From: Candidatus Marinacidobacterales bacterium
Lineage (GTDB): Bacteria > Acidobacteriota > Vicinamibacteria > Marinacidobacterales > DATDRI01
NCBI GenBank assembly: GCA_965219415.1
Contig: CBDCNP010000002.1
Coordinates: forward strand, 4,256,001 to 4,320,000
Length of the DNA stretch: 64,000 nucleotides
Reading direction: 5' to 3'
Shown here: one piece after another, positions 54,397 through 64,000 of the stretch
How the letters are laid out: each line of letters starts with the position of its first letter
Numbering within the stretch: the first letter of the stretch is position 1
Notes under the pieces: model-generated
Database searches by the model: none
Told to the model about the DNA's origin: nothing
Seen by the model: only the letters and a program-made list of their open reading frames with translations
Translations under genes and position numbers: made by a program

Positions 54397-54583
54397 TGTC
54401 CATCATCATTATTTGTCCGGGACTGGACTCTAGGCCCGGACTGCCCTTGAGCACATGCTGGAGAGCGTGGTCAGCGCGCGAGGGAAGGTTGTCCATCATC
54501 ATTATTAATCCGGGACTGGACTCTAGGGCCCGGACCGCCCTCGAGCACATGCTGGAGAGCGTGGTCAGCGCGCGAGGGAAGGT
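54397..54583. repeat. About 93-bp tandem duplication of the element right end
   Basis: TGTCCATCATCATTATT...GAGGGAAGGT occurs twice. Confidence 0.9.
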
Positions 54584-55775
54584 GCTGAGGACGAACTTCT
54601 CGGCGACCAGCCGAGTAACGCGAGCGACCAAGCTGACTCAGGCTGCCTCTCGCCACTCGTATCGATGGTGCAATCCACCGACTCGCGGCAGTGCGACTAC
54701 TTTCGCCGTAGGAGACGGTCGGTGCGTGACCGTTCTCAAGCTCGGTGTGTCCTTGTTCAGCCCCAAGTGGCAACGGTCCTCATGATAGTAGCTGATGTAA
54801 GCTCGCACGAGCCGGATGAGATGACATGCACCGAGAACCACGACGCGCTCAAGGAGCTCGCGACGGCAGCTGCCGACCCACCGCTCCGCGGTTCCGTTTT
54901 GCCATGGGCTGCGAAACGAAGTGCGAACGGGCTTTGTGCCCGTTGCTTTGATGAACTCGATGACCGCAGCGTTAAAGATGAAGTCGCGATCGAAGATAAG
55001 ATATTTCGGAGCGGTGTCGTAGGGAAACGCCTCGCGTAGTTGCTGAATAACCCAAGCAGACGTCGGGTGGAACGTGGCGTTGAAGTGAACGATGTGCCGA
55101 CGGCCGTGCTCGATGACGAAGAAGCCGTACAGCATCCGGAGCGAAGCGGTGGGCACGGTGAACAGATCCATGGCCGCGATATCGTCTTTATGGTTGCGCA
55201 AGAAAGCCATCCATCGCTTCAGCTGGTCGGGCTCCGCGGGATGCCGCGGCAGATATCGCGACACCGTGATCTCGGAGATGATGAAACCGAGCTTGGTGAG
55301 CTCAGCATGGATGCGTGGCGCCCCCCAGCCGTCTTGCGCCATCGTGCGGACGAGGCGACGAATCTCGGCATCAATCCGAGGCCGACCGGGATGGCGGCGC
55401 TGCGAGATCTTTGCCCAGTACCGTCGGAATCGGTCGCGATGCCAACGGGCTACGGTGTCCGCGTGGACGATGAGCAGGCGGCTCGCCCACACGGGCCACG
55501 AACCTCGAAGGGCAACCCAGAAAGCTCGTTCCGTGTCGTCGAGCGGTGGGCGTGGGCGCTCTTTCTTCAGCGCCGTCACTTGCTGCCGCAAAGCGACGTT
55601 CTCCAACACCAGATCGGCGCGGCGCCGACACATCGCCCGAATGGCACGGACGCCAAGTGAGACGAGGAAGACAACAACGTTGAGCATAGCGGCGGAGTTT
55701 CGCCGTCTTCGGCCCGGAATTCAAGCGGAGCGTAAGTCCTTGATTTCGTGGGCGGAGCAGTTTTGACGATGCACA
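54490..55775 (-). mobile_element. Complete rve element, type 2 (C-type TIRs)
   Basis: TGTCCATCATCA / TGACGATGCACA termini. Confidence 0.85.
54638..55687 (-). CDS. rve-domain DDE transposase, intact, 349 aa
   Basis: WGAPRIH, AMDLFTV, IFDRD, PWQNGTAER, GGLHHRY. Confidence 0.9.
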   Translation of the reverse strand: MLNVVVFLVSLGVRAIRAMCRRRADLVLENVALRQQVTALKKERPRPPLDDTERAFWVALRGSWPVWASRLLIVHADTVARWHRDRFRRYWAKISQRRHPGRPRIDAEIRRLVRTMAQDGWGAPRIHAELTKLGFIISEITVSRYLPRHPAEPDQLKRWMAFLRNHKDDIAAMDLFTVPTASLRMLYGFFVIEHGRRHIVHFNATFHPTSAWVIQQLREAFPYDTAPKYLIFDRDFIFNAAVIEFIKATGTKPVRTSFRSPWQNGTAERWVGSCRRELLERVVVLGACHLIRLVRAYISYYHEDRCHLGLNKDTPSLRTVTHRPSPTAKVVALPRVGGLHHRYEWREAA

Positions 55776-55988
55776 ACTCCACTGGCGTGCGCGATATGTT
55801 CATTTGGGCTCGACTCCAATACTGTGATACGAGTGGACGGACTCAGTGGTCGAAGGTAGGCGTGTTCCGTCTCGTCAATGCTCCTCCAAACGAGTTTCAC
55901 ATCTGGGCCAGTGATGTCAGCCCAGACCCCCGCGAAGTCAACCATCCAGACTGCCAGAAGTAGCAACGCTCTCAACTTCCGTCACGCC

Positions 55989-56296
55989 TGTGCCTTCTAT
56001 TTATTCATCCGGGCGCCCCGAACTTGATTAGTCTCCAGTCTGTCGGCACCATACCTGCTTGATTTCGTCGTTTGTTCGCGCTCTCATCTCCGCCTTCAAG
56101 GCTCATCGCGAGCTCGCTCTCGACAATGTCGCTCTTCGGCAGCAGTTCGCCGTCCTCTGCCGTCCGGTGAAACGGCCGCGGCTCTCGAAGGTCGACCGCG
56201 GGTTGGGTAACTGTAAAGCCTAGGGGGCCCTTGGCCCAGTCGCTAAGCTGCTGATTTATGGTCTATTTCAAAAGGGCCGAGTTTTGGCACAGGACG
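55989..56296. mobile_element. B-end + rve fragment + A-end (outward-facing hybrid)
   Basis: TGTGCCTTC at 55989; GGCACAGGACG ending at 56296. Confidence 0.8.
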
Positions 56297-56376
56297 GGAA
56301 GTCACATACGGCTGCGGAAGATGACCGGCTGAGTTCTTGCACCATAAGCGCTACGCGTCGCAACAAGAGCGTCAAG

Positions 56377-58209
56377 TTACTCGGGTCGGCCCATGCCGGA
56401 GCCCCGCGCCTTAAGGCACCACCCATTCTTCTGCAACGCTTCGATGTACGTGCTCGGGCTCATCCGCCCAGCACGCGAGACGCGGCCAGAGAACACCACC
56501 TCCTCCACATTCCCCCGGTGCACGTAGAGCGTGTACGTCCCCGTCCCGGAAAACGTCGCCCAACCGACTGCCCTGGAGAACGACGCGCGCTCGAACTCCA
56601 CGACCACCACGCACTCCCGAATCACGCATACACTCTTCACGATCGGTCCGAACCAACTCACTAGGTCCACGATGAATTCGGCGGCGTACCACCCCGACGC
56701 CGCCGCCCGTTCCCGGTCCTCCCCGTCGAGCAGATCCACCGCCGTACCCAGGGAGCGCCAGCACGCCAACGCGTGCTCTACCTCGGCCCGGCTGCACCGC
56801 GCGAGACCCTCGTAGCGCCGAGGCGGCCTCGGCATGCTCGGGTTAAGGCACAGTTCGAGCACGAATCTCGGATCCGTCGTCGGTTCGTCCAGCGCTTCGA
56901 ACCGGTCCTCCGGCGGTACTTCGAGTGCCTGCGGCAGACCGCCCGTACCGGGATCTTCGACGATCGCCGGATTCGTCCGAAGCGTCTCTATGCGCAAGCG
57001 TTTCGTCTCTTCTTCCCGGTAGACCTTGTGAGCGAACCGCACCTGCCCACCGGCCTGCTCGAACACAATGATGTCGGGTTGCTTCGCCTCCTCGGGAAAC
57101 GGCTCGGAGACCTCTTCCGGCGACGTTACCGTCTCTTCGACGATCTCCTCCCTCGCCCGGCCCGAGCCAGGCTCGCCGTCCTTCCAGTTCCCGCTCTCGC
57201 GCCGCACCCTACGTCGCTGGTAGGTGTAGCCCCGGTACGTCTCTTGCTGGTCGCCGGGTTCCCGTTCGTCCCGTGCCATCGTCACCGGACCGTTGGCCAC
57301 GCCCAGCGGAGACTTCACCGGCAATAGGCAATCCCTCAGCATCCCCGAGACGGGCAGGTCGAACACCTCGCCCGCCTCCGGCCGGATCGACAACATGGCG
57401 AACCGGTACTCCTTCTGTGCCGCGTACTCGCGCGACTCCACATAGATCATCGAACAGATCTTCGCCCATCCCGCCTCGGCCTCGGCGATGCAGTGATAGG
57501 GGTCGTCGACGTACAGGACAGGGCCGTGCAGAACGATCTGCGGCGTTCGATGCACCTCGAACATCTTGAATCCGTGAAAGGCCCCCGTCACGGGGGCCGG
57601 CTTCCCGGTCGCACCGATATGCTCGCACACCCCCAGTCCCAGCGCCTGCGCGAACTGCGTGGGCCGATGGATCCGGGCCACGCTCGTATAGCTCTCAGGG
57701 AACGTGCGGCGCCAAGCGTCCTCTTCGCCAGCCTCCGGCCAGAGCGACGTGCAGTAGATGAGCCAGTCCTTGCCGAACGTCAATGCCGACGTGGCGGTAT
57801 GCGTCCTTTCCGCCTTCATCGTGCCGCTCACTGACAGCTTCGCGTGGCGCAGCCGCAGGCCCGTGTTGACCGCGCGCACGCGCCTGTCCATCTGGGTCGT
57901 CGCTCCTGTCGGACCCTCAATCGTTTCGCGCGTCGATGTCCGGGAGCGTCCCTCCTGTTCGTCCTTGACGAGAACTTCGCCGGTCTCCCGGAAGACGCTT
58001 GGGCGCGAGAGCCGAACTGAGTCCGCCGTTCTGAGGTCGAACCGGGGCTCGGAGGCCTTCGCCAGGCTCAGCGCTTCGGGTGGCAGCTTGCCGGCCAGGT
58101 CGACGTAGATCGTCTGGACCACGTTACCCTGCGGCGTCGTGAACGCTCCCTCGCTCAGCATCCGCGCACCAGCGAACATGGATCGGCTCGTCTGACTTGT
58201 CGTCTTCAT
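56377..58209 (-). CDS. Hypothetical protein, 610 aa
   Basis: Long ORF, RBS-like GAGG; IYCTS and Y..QKEYRF motifs. Confidence 0.7.
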   Translation of the reverse strand: MKTTSQTSRSMFAGARMLSEGAFTTPQGNVVQTIYVDLAGKLPPEALSLAKASEPRFDLRTADSVRLSRPSVFRETGEVLVKDEQEGRSRTSTRETIEGPTGATTQMDRRVRAVNTGLRLRHAKLSVSGTMKAERTHTATSALTFGKDWLIYCTSLWPEAGEEDAWRRTFPESYTSVARIHRPTQFAQALGLGVCEHIGATGKPAPVTGAFHGFKMFEVHRTPQIVLHGPVLYVDDPYHCIAEAEAGWAKICSMIYVESREYAAQKEYRFAMLSIRPEAGEVFDLPVSGMLRDCLLPVKSPLGVANGPVTMARDEREPGDQQETYRGYTYQRRRVRRESGNWKDGEPGSGRAREEIVEETVTSPEEVSEPFPEEAKQPDIIVFEQAGGQVRFAHKVYREEETKRLRIETLRTNPAIVEDPGTGGLPQALEVPPEDRFEALDEPTTDPRFVLELCLNPSMPRPPRRYEGLARCSRAEVEHALACWRSLGTAVDLLDGEDRERAAASGWYAAEFIVDLVSWFGPIVKSVCVIRECVVVVEFERASFSRAVGWATFSGTGTYTLYVHRGNVEEVVFSGRVSRAGRMSPSTYIEALQKNGWCLKARGSGMGRPE

Positions 58210-58254
58210 CCTCGTCGGTCCCTGGCCGAGCGGCCCACGAGCCTAGCCCAACCC

Positions 58255-58530
58255 ATTGGATTCACGCAGATTCTGCCAAGAGCTGAGTGGTGGCCTGGCG
58301 CGCCGCGGGCCGGCACCCGCGCGGTCGGATGCACAGCTGCTGGCGGCCATTCGCAGCGATTCGGCGCGCTCACCGTTCCAGGGTGAGGGCCATCGCAAGG
58401 TCCACGCGCGGCTGCGGATCCTCGACAAGATCCGAGTCTCCCGGACGCGGGTGTTGCGGGTGATGCGTGCGCAGAGGACTGCTCTCGCCCCACAGCCGCG
58501 TAGCGCAAACGTGTGTCCAAGAAACCGGTT
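58255..58530 (+). pseudogene. IS3-family orfB fragment
   Basis: RRGP..SDAQLLAAIR..SPFQGEGHRKVHARLR..RVLRVMR. Confidence 0.75.
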
Positions 58531-58539
58531 GCGGTACAG

Positions 58540-58718
58540 GCGGTTGATCCTGCTTCGTATCGCGGATTCAGGGCAAGAAGAGCGTCTGGCCCAAAACGGC
58601 CTTCTTCATACTCTTGTTCAATCGCCTCACGCAGGTCGGCCGCCTTAATCTTGCTGAAAGACCTAGAGAATCGGGCGTAGCTCTCTACAATGTGGCGATC
58701 AAAGGGAAAGGCCTTCAT
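58540..58718 (-). pseudogene. N-terminal fragment of a large DEAD/DEAH helicase
   Basis: F.FDRHIVESY..FSRSF..I...L..PD.LL.LNPRYE.G pattern. Confidence 0.55.
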
Positions 58719-58876
58719 CTAGCCCTCTGTATTTGTGCCCGCGGGAATCGCTCCCAGAACATCAAGTTTTCGCCGGATGCCGTCTCTGATTCTTAACGGA
58801 TGAAGCCTACCATGATCGGGTGAATCAGGCGGGTACTGTCAAGGTTGGCGTCGAACGGAACCACCCGACTCTGGCT

Positions 58877-58970
58877 CGGTCGCAAACACAGACACTAAGC
58901 TGCTGATTGATGGTCTATTTCAAAAGGGCGAGTTTTGGCACAGGACGGGATCAAGTTTTGGCACAGGACG
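58877..58970 (-). repeat. A-end with tandemly duplicated tip
   Basis: AGTTTTGGCACAGGACG ends at both 58947 and 58970. Confidence 0.9.
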
Positions 58971-59196
58971 CCCGCCGTAGGAATCGATCTCGAGGCGAAG
59001 GTGGTTGCGAACGGAGTGACTCATAACGTGACGGCCACAAGTTCAAATCCTATCCTCCCGACCCACCTTTTCAAAACCTCTGGGAGGAACCTACGGAGTT
59101 TCGCAGGCCTCTCATGGCTCTCTGCTCGTCAATACGCGATCTTCTTTTTTGCGGATCACAGGTAGTAACTACTGTGTTGGTATTTTGTACGCTGGC

Positions 59197-59694
59197 TTAG
59201 GCAGGAGAGACTTCCTTGATCCGTCCAGTGGCACAATCATAGACAAAGCCGCGGACTTGATCCTTGTAGCAGATAAAGGGATTGGCCTGAACGCGGGACA
59301 TGGATTGACGAACATCCTGTTCTAGATCCCTGAACGCCTCCAACGCAAAGGATGGGCGCAAGCCGGTATCAGCTTCGATGGAGTCTTTAACGTCGTCATC
59401 ACGGAAGGTGAGCATCCCGCAGTCTGTGTGGTGAATCAGCATGATTACTTGAGTGCCCAACAGTCGTTGGGAAATTACTAGTGACCGGATGGCATCGTCG
59501 CTTACGACGCCGCCCGCATTGCGTATCACGTGAGCGTCGCCTTCCTGAAGACCCAGGATCCGGTGAAGATCCAGGCGTGCGTCCATACAGGCCAAGACAG
59601 CCAGCTTACGTTCCGGAGGCAGTGGTAGGTTGCCTTTGTCGAAACTTTGTGCATAGCGGGCGTTATTGTTAAGCACTTCGTCAATCACACTCAT
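59197..59694 (-). CDS. Beta-class carbonic anhydrase
   Basis: ACMDARL, IRNAGG, HHTDCGM. Confidence 0.95.
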   Translation of the reverse strand: MSVIDEVLNNNARYAQSFDKGNLPLPPERKLAVLACMDARLDLHRILGLQEGDAHVIRNAGGVVSDDAIRSLVISQRLLGTQVIMLIHHTDCGMLTFRDDDVKDSIEADTGLRPSFALEAFRDLEQDVRQSMSRVQANPFICYKDQVRGFVYDCATGRIKEVSPA

Positions 59695-59701
59695 TTGACC
59701 T

Positions 59702-59848
59702 CGTCCTGTGCCAAAACTCGGCCCTTTTGAAATAGACCACAAATCAGCAGCTTAGACGCCCTTGGAATCCGCGCAGAATCCAGGGTATTTCGCGCCGCAG
59801 GGCTGACTTCCGACCCATGGGCTGGCGGATGAATAAATAGAAGGCACA
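59702..59848 (+). mobile_element. A/B mini-element copy 3
   Basis: 147 bp, matches 14769-14915. Confidence 0.9.
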
Positions 59849-59878
59849 CCACTCGTCACTCGATTACAACAGCCCAAT

Positions 59879-59955
59879 GGTGTTCGAACGGATGCATGGC
59901 CTCAAAACTGCTCATGTGAGATAATCAACCTGTCCTCTTTTCCTGGGCAAGGTCA
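59879..59955 (-). repeat. IS3-type end remnant (second copy at 63443-63519)
   Basis: TGACYTTGCCCAGGAAAA..GGACAGGTTGATTATCTC. Confidence 0.7.
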
Positions 59956-60023
59956 CCAGTATGCTCCTCACGAGCGTGTTGCCAGCCCCACTATCCGTCG
60001 GTAGCGGTCAAGATGGAACGAGC

Positions 60024-60497
60024 ATGCTTGAGTTGTTGACTGCGTTACTTACGCCTCTGATCGCTGCTATTGCGGTATACATTGCCTATCAGCAATGGCA
60101 AACCAACCGCCGAAGACTCGATGTCGACCTCTATGACCGCAGGCTGCGAATATACGAAACCGTCACCAAGTATATCAGTGCTGTGCTGACAACCCTCCAT
60201 CCGACGTTGGAAGACCTTCTTGAGTTTCGGAGGTCTACCGCAGAGGCTGATTTTCTTTTTGGATCTGATATCAGGAAGTACTTGGACGACCTATTCGCGC
60301 ACGGCCTCGAACTACGAAAGTGGCAGGAAAAATACCGGGACTCAACGCAAGACTACCCAGCAGACGACGATCACAACACGGTCGTTGAAGGACAAACCTC
60401 GGAATCCTCTTGGTTTGCCGACCAACACGAGATAGCGCTCCGGCGATTCAAGGAATACTTGAACCTTCTGCCAGAAAAGCGGTGCTTCCGCCATTAA
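60024..60497 (+). CDS. Hypothetical membrane protein; last codons from the MITE
   Basis: TP.IA.IAVYIAYQQW..L.DRRL.IY..EADFLFG. Confidence 0.7.
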   Translation: MLELLTALLTPLIAAIAVYIAYQQWQTNRRRLDVDLYDRRLRIYETVTKYISAVLTTLHPTLEDLLEFRRSTAEADFLFGSDIRKYLDDLFAHGLELRKWQEKYRDSTQDYPADDDHNTVVEGQTSESSWFADQHEIALRRFKEYLNLLPEKRCFRH

Positions 60498-60646
60498 GTG
60501 TTGGTGAGATGGCGCTAACACTTTACGGTGCATTAAATTACAACCAAAATAACGCTCGTGACCTTCGCTGCGCACTAAATGGAGCGTAAGCGCCTATTTT
60601 GCAAAGGGATGCGCACACATCACCAACAGTAAATGGCGCAAGCACC
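60481..60646 (-). mobile_element. G1 MITE
   Basis: 166 bp with TIRs. Confidence 0.9.
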
Positions 60647-60948
60647 CGGAGGATAGCGAGAGGGAAGATCTCATTCGCATCCTGCGCGTGGTAGGCCAAA
60701 TCCTTCACTGGCGAAGGGAACCCGGCCTGCCAGCGGCCATCGATACAATAAAGCATGTGACGACAAGACATCCCTTGATATTCGCCGATGACTGCGAGAG
60801 ATTGGTGCTTGAGGGGTTACATCGCATGATCGGCGATACGACCATTCATGCGCCAGGCGGCGGCCCGTGTCTCGACACGGACCGAGATGGTCTGGACGTG
60901 TCCACGAAACTGGTCGTGAGGCGCGCGGCGGCCCGTTTGGCGTATGTG

Positions 60949-61194
60949 GGTGCTTCCGCAATCAAGTGTTGGTGGCTGCCGCGTAACCCGCTCGCGTGCT
61001 AGAGTTTGAGCCTGATTTCCAGAGACGCAGTTCTTTCGGCGATGCCGGCTGAGCTTACCACGCGGTGATTGTGACGTTCAGAGACATCTTTGTATGCGCG
61101 CCGACATCCTTATTTGTGGCGTTCGCCGACACAGGCAGGCCAACTGACACTAGCATTCAAACGCGGCGTAGCAACACTTGATGGCGGAAGCACC
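60949..61194. mobile_element. G2 MITE
   Basis: TIRs; flanks CGTATGTG / ACTATGTG may be a decayed 8-bp TSD. Confidence 0.85.
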
Positions 61195-61332
61195 ACTATG
61201 TGCGGCTGCCTGAGTAAATACGTTCGAGTGCCGTCCCGAGCCGCCCCGTGGGTTCGGGTCAGGTCAGTCTAAAGCGCCCAATCAACGCTGGATAGACTTT
61301 TTGCGGAGCACAACCGTGTAAAAGAGGAACGA

Positions 61333-62100
61333 ATGATGATGCCCAATGTGCCCGAACAGTTGACCGATGCCTGGACGCGTCTGTATCGCGCAAAAGAGAA
61401 TTACGAGGCCCTAACAGAGGAGGTCACGAAGTTCCTGTATGAATACGTGAAGGGGATGGTCAAAGGGTGGAATCCTGAAACCGATGGTTTCGTACTGCAA
61501 CTTCGGCATCCCAGAGAGAGCATAATGACTGGAAGGCCACGAGCCTTGGTTGTAGATATTGTAGAGGATGTGCGTGCTGCACTTGACTACATGGTCTTTG
61601 AATTATCCGCATTGAGCACGCCCGACTTGAATGAAAAGACACCACAATTTGTCATTGCCGACACAAAAGAAGATTTTGACTGGCAGAGCAAAATCAGGCT
61701 GCGCTATTTAACTGATGAGCAAAAAACGGCATTCATCGAGGAATTACAACCTTTTAATGGAAATCAACTGTTGAGTCTATTGCGTGACATAGCGGGCCAA
61801 AGCAAACACAGGCACTTGCTATCGGTACGGGACAATTCCGGCTGGGATATCTATATGGCGGAGGCCACAAAAAGAGAGGAATATAAGGACTGCTTTATGT
61901 ATCCGATGGAAAAGGGCCGAGCCTTTTTCGCAAAACCAAAATCCTACAGCATCATTTTATTGGAAAAGTACGATGCGATGAAGACACTGAAAGCGATGGC
62001 CGAGCACGTAGGGGATATCGTCCAGTTATCTCACTGTTTCTTCGAAGGCCGCCCGTTCGAGATGAGCATCGTAACATCCGCAGCGTCGGAAGAATTCTGA
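61333..62100 (+). CDS. Hypothetical protein (possible HEPN-like, KHR motif)
   Basis: RAALDY..QF.I..LQPF..SKHR; AT-richer; RBS-like GAGGA. Confidence 0.65.
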   Translation: MMMPNVPEQLTDAWTRLYRAKENYEALTEEVTKFLYEYVKGMVKGWNPETDGFVLQLRHPRESIMTGRPRALVVDIVEDVRAALDYMVFELSALSTPDLNEKTPQFVIADTKEDFDWQSKIRLRYLTDEQKTAFIEELQPFNGNQLLSLLRDIAGQSKHRHLLSVRDNSGWDIYMAEATKREEYKDCFMYPMEKGRAFFAKPKSYSIILLEKYDAMKTLKAMAEHVGDIVQLSHCFFEGRPFEMSIVTSAASEEF

Positions 62101-62168
62101 TTAACTTCTAGTATGTTCGATCATGCAGTGTCGGTCGGAGGTCGAGCCTTCCTGATCACAGCCGTCCT

Positions 62169-62470
62169 CGTCGTGTCCAAAAATACAAACGAACTCAAGA
62201 CTCGCGCGCCGGGACGTTTCGGATTAGAGGTGTCTAGTGTGCATCGTCAAAACTGCTCCGCCCACGAAATCAAGGACGTACGCTCCGCTTGAATTCTCCG
62301 GGCCGAAGACGGCGAAACTCCGCCGCTATGCTCGACGTTGTTGTCTTCCTCGTCTCACTTGGCGTCCGTGTCATTCGGGCGATGTGTCGGCGCCGCGCCG
62401 ACCTGGTGTTGGAGAACGTCGCTTTGCGGCAGCAAGTGACGGCGCTGAAGAAAGAGCGCCCACGCCCACC
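62169..62470 (+). mobile_element. D-end, C-end (62238) and 5' fragment of the type-2 transposase
   Basis: Matches the reverse complement of 55545-55775. Confidence 0.85.
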
Positions 62471-62617
62471 TGTGCCTTCTATTTATTCATCCGCCAGCCC
62501 ATGGGTCGGAAGTCAGCCCTGCGGCGCGAAATACCCTGGATTCTGCGCGGATTCCAAGGGCGTCTAAGCTGCTGATTTGTGGTCTATTTCTAAAGGGCCG
62601 AGTTTTGGCACAGGACG
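62471..62617 (-). mobile_element. A/B mini-element copy 4
   Basis: 147 bp, inverted. Confidence 0.9.
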
Positions 62618-62626
62618 GGTAAACCG

Positions 62627-62974
62627 TCAATGAGCTTTTTCCCCTTGTTCCTCTGGTACTTGGATCTGGGGACTGCTCGTCTGGCTTTTGCCTGTAGACC
62701 TTAGGTACGCTTCAAGCTTTTCGTCTGCATCGACCGCGAGTTCACCGCGTTCGGTGTAGACACCGATCTCCCGCGCTAGGTCATCCGCTCGTGCCGGGAT
62801 GAAGGCCGTCTCACCTTGGACGCGGCGGATGATGTCCTGCAGTGTTGTGTCGGCATCTGTTCGTTCCTGCGCTCTTTTTCGGTAGTTTTTTGCTGCATCG
62901 GCCATCAGTGTGGTGCCAACATATGTGGCAGCGAGAAGCATCAAGGCGAGAATCACAGACAGTAATGGGCGCAT
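62627..62974 (-). CDS. Hypothetical protein with N-terminal TM/signal segment
   Basis: ORF with RBS-like AAGGA. Confidence 0.5.
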   Translation of the reverse strand: MRPLLSVILALMLLAATYVGTTLMADAAKNYRKRAQERTDADTTLQDIIRRVQGETAFIPARADDLAREIGVYTERGELAVDADEKLEAYLRSTGKSQTSSPQIQVPEEQGEKAH

Positions 62975-63725
62975 GGGTCTGTTCCTTTTTTTGGTTCGCT
63001 CCCCCGGTGATCGTAAGTGGTCATCGGGCCAGTCGGCTAGAACAACCTACGATTAACCAACGCTGAAGACCACTGCGATAGTGAACGCATCGTGACGATT
63101 GGAAGTCTTCATATGAATGCTCCTTTTTCCAGCAAGGGAGCCGATTACTCGTAGCGTGAGTGGGCTCCTTATAAGGCTCGCCGGCCCCCGGAATTGGGTG
63201 CCGGGCCAGTTGCTAGACAAACGCTGCATTTGCAGGGTTCCCCGTCTATTCCCCCCGGGAAAGGGGGTGTTTTATTCAACAGGTGACCCGACGTCGGATC
63301 AGCGTTTGTCTAGCGCTACGGAATGTAGCAGAATCGAGAGTGGAAGTTCAAGAGGGGGGTTTCAGGCGGTCAAGCCCTAATTTTCCTGTCAAATCTCCGC
63401 ATGGTTCCCGAACTCGGTTTGACCCCGCCCGGGTTTTGTGGATGACTTTGCCCAGGAAAAGTGGACAGGTTGATTATCTCGCATGAGCAGTTTTGAGGTC
63501 ATGAATCCGTTCGAACACCCCGTATGGTGTACGTCGAGCTCGACGTCGGCCTGTGGAGGATCGATGACCGGATCTGGGCGAACGCGAGGATTCGATGGGC
63601 CGCCAGCCGAAGTCAATGCCACGACGATACGAAACCCACGCGGCGGCTCGGATGGCACTCGAACGTATCTACTCAGGCAGCCGCACGATAGTAATAACGA
63701 GGTAGGCCGCCGAGTCGCTCGCGGC

Positions 63726-63768
63726 TGTGCCTTCTATTTATTCATCCGGCGCGCCCCGAACTTGATTG
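63726..63768 (+). repeat. B-end stub
   Basis: TGTGCCTTCTATTTATTCATCCGG..GAACTTGATT. Confidence 0.85.
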
Positions 63769-64000
63769 AAGCGAGTGCCTGGATGCGTATTGCGTCGTCT
63801 TCCGGGAAAAGCTCAATTCAGCGAGCAAGAACCCGGGCCTCGAGGGTCACCGCAAGATCCGCAGGCCCCGGGCGCCTCAGCTGCCGCCGCCCCGTTTCCA
63901 CTGCTGACCGCAAAGACTGAAAGCTGCTTTTCCAGCTTGTCGCTCTCGCAGGAAGGACAGCGCGGCGCGTCCTCGCTCGAACTCAGGACAAGCGATTCGA

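Overview
This is a GC-rich bacterial accessory region with no rRNA, tRNA, CRISPR array or integron integrase. It is a patchwork of roughly 40 short (0.2-6 kb) unrelated segments. The cargo includes defence-type genes (PHP-ATPase Ppl-like plus Schlafen-HATPase, type IIG-like and HsdM-like methyltransferases, HEPN/AbiU2-like, two toxin-antitoxin pairs, EEP and GIY-YIG-like nucleases), catabolic genes (P450-hydrolase-EthD; D-threonine-aldolase/OCD/DHDPS; amidohydrolase; racemase; carbonic anhydrase) and transporters. Most segment junctions coincide with insertion-sequence termini. About 50 of these belong to at least six related end families (5'-YGT) of single-ORF rve-domain DDE transposases; the commonest, CGTCCTGTGCCAAAACTCGGCC, occurs about 20 times. 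Only two of these elements have both ends visible. The ends also form mini-elements, flank single genes as direct repeats, often carry IHF-consensus boxes, show no target-site duplications where checked, and often truncate the neighbouring gene. Also present are three IS110 copies that all sit at the same position in an IS6-like MITE terminal repeat, with a candidate guide in their non-coding end; two ISCR/IS91-type oriIS ends placed in front of catabolic operons; IS1-like, IS3 and IS5 remnants; and a serine-recombinase::methyltransferase fusion ORF. All calls are by eye from motifs, and an assembly chimera joined through repeats cannot be excluded.
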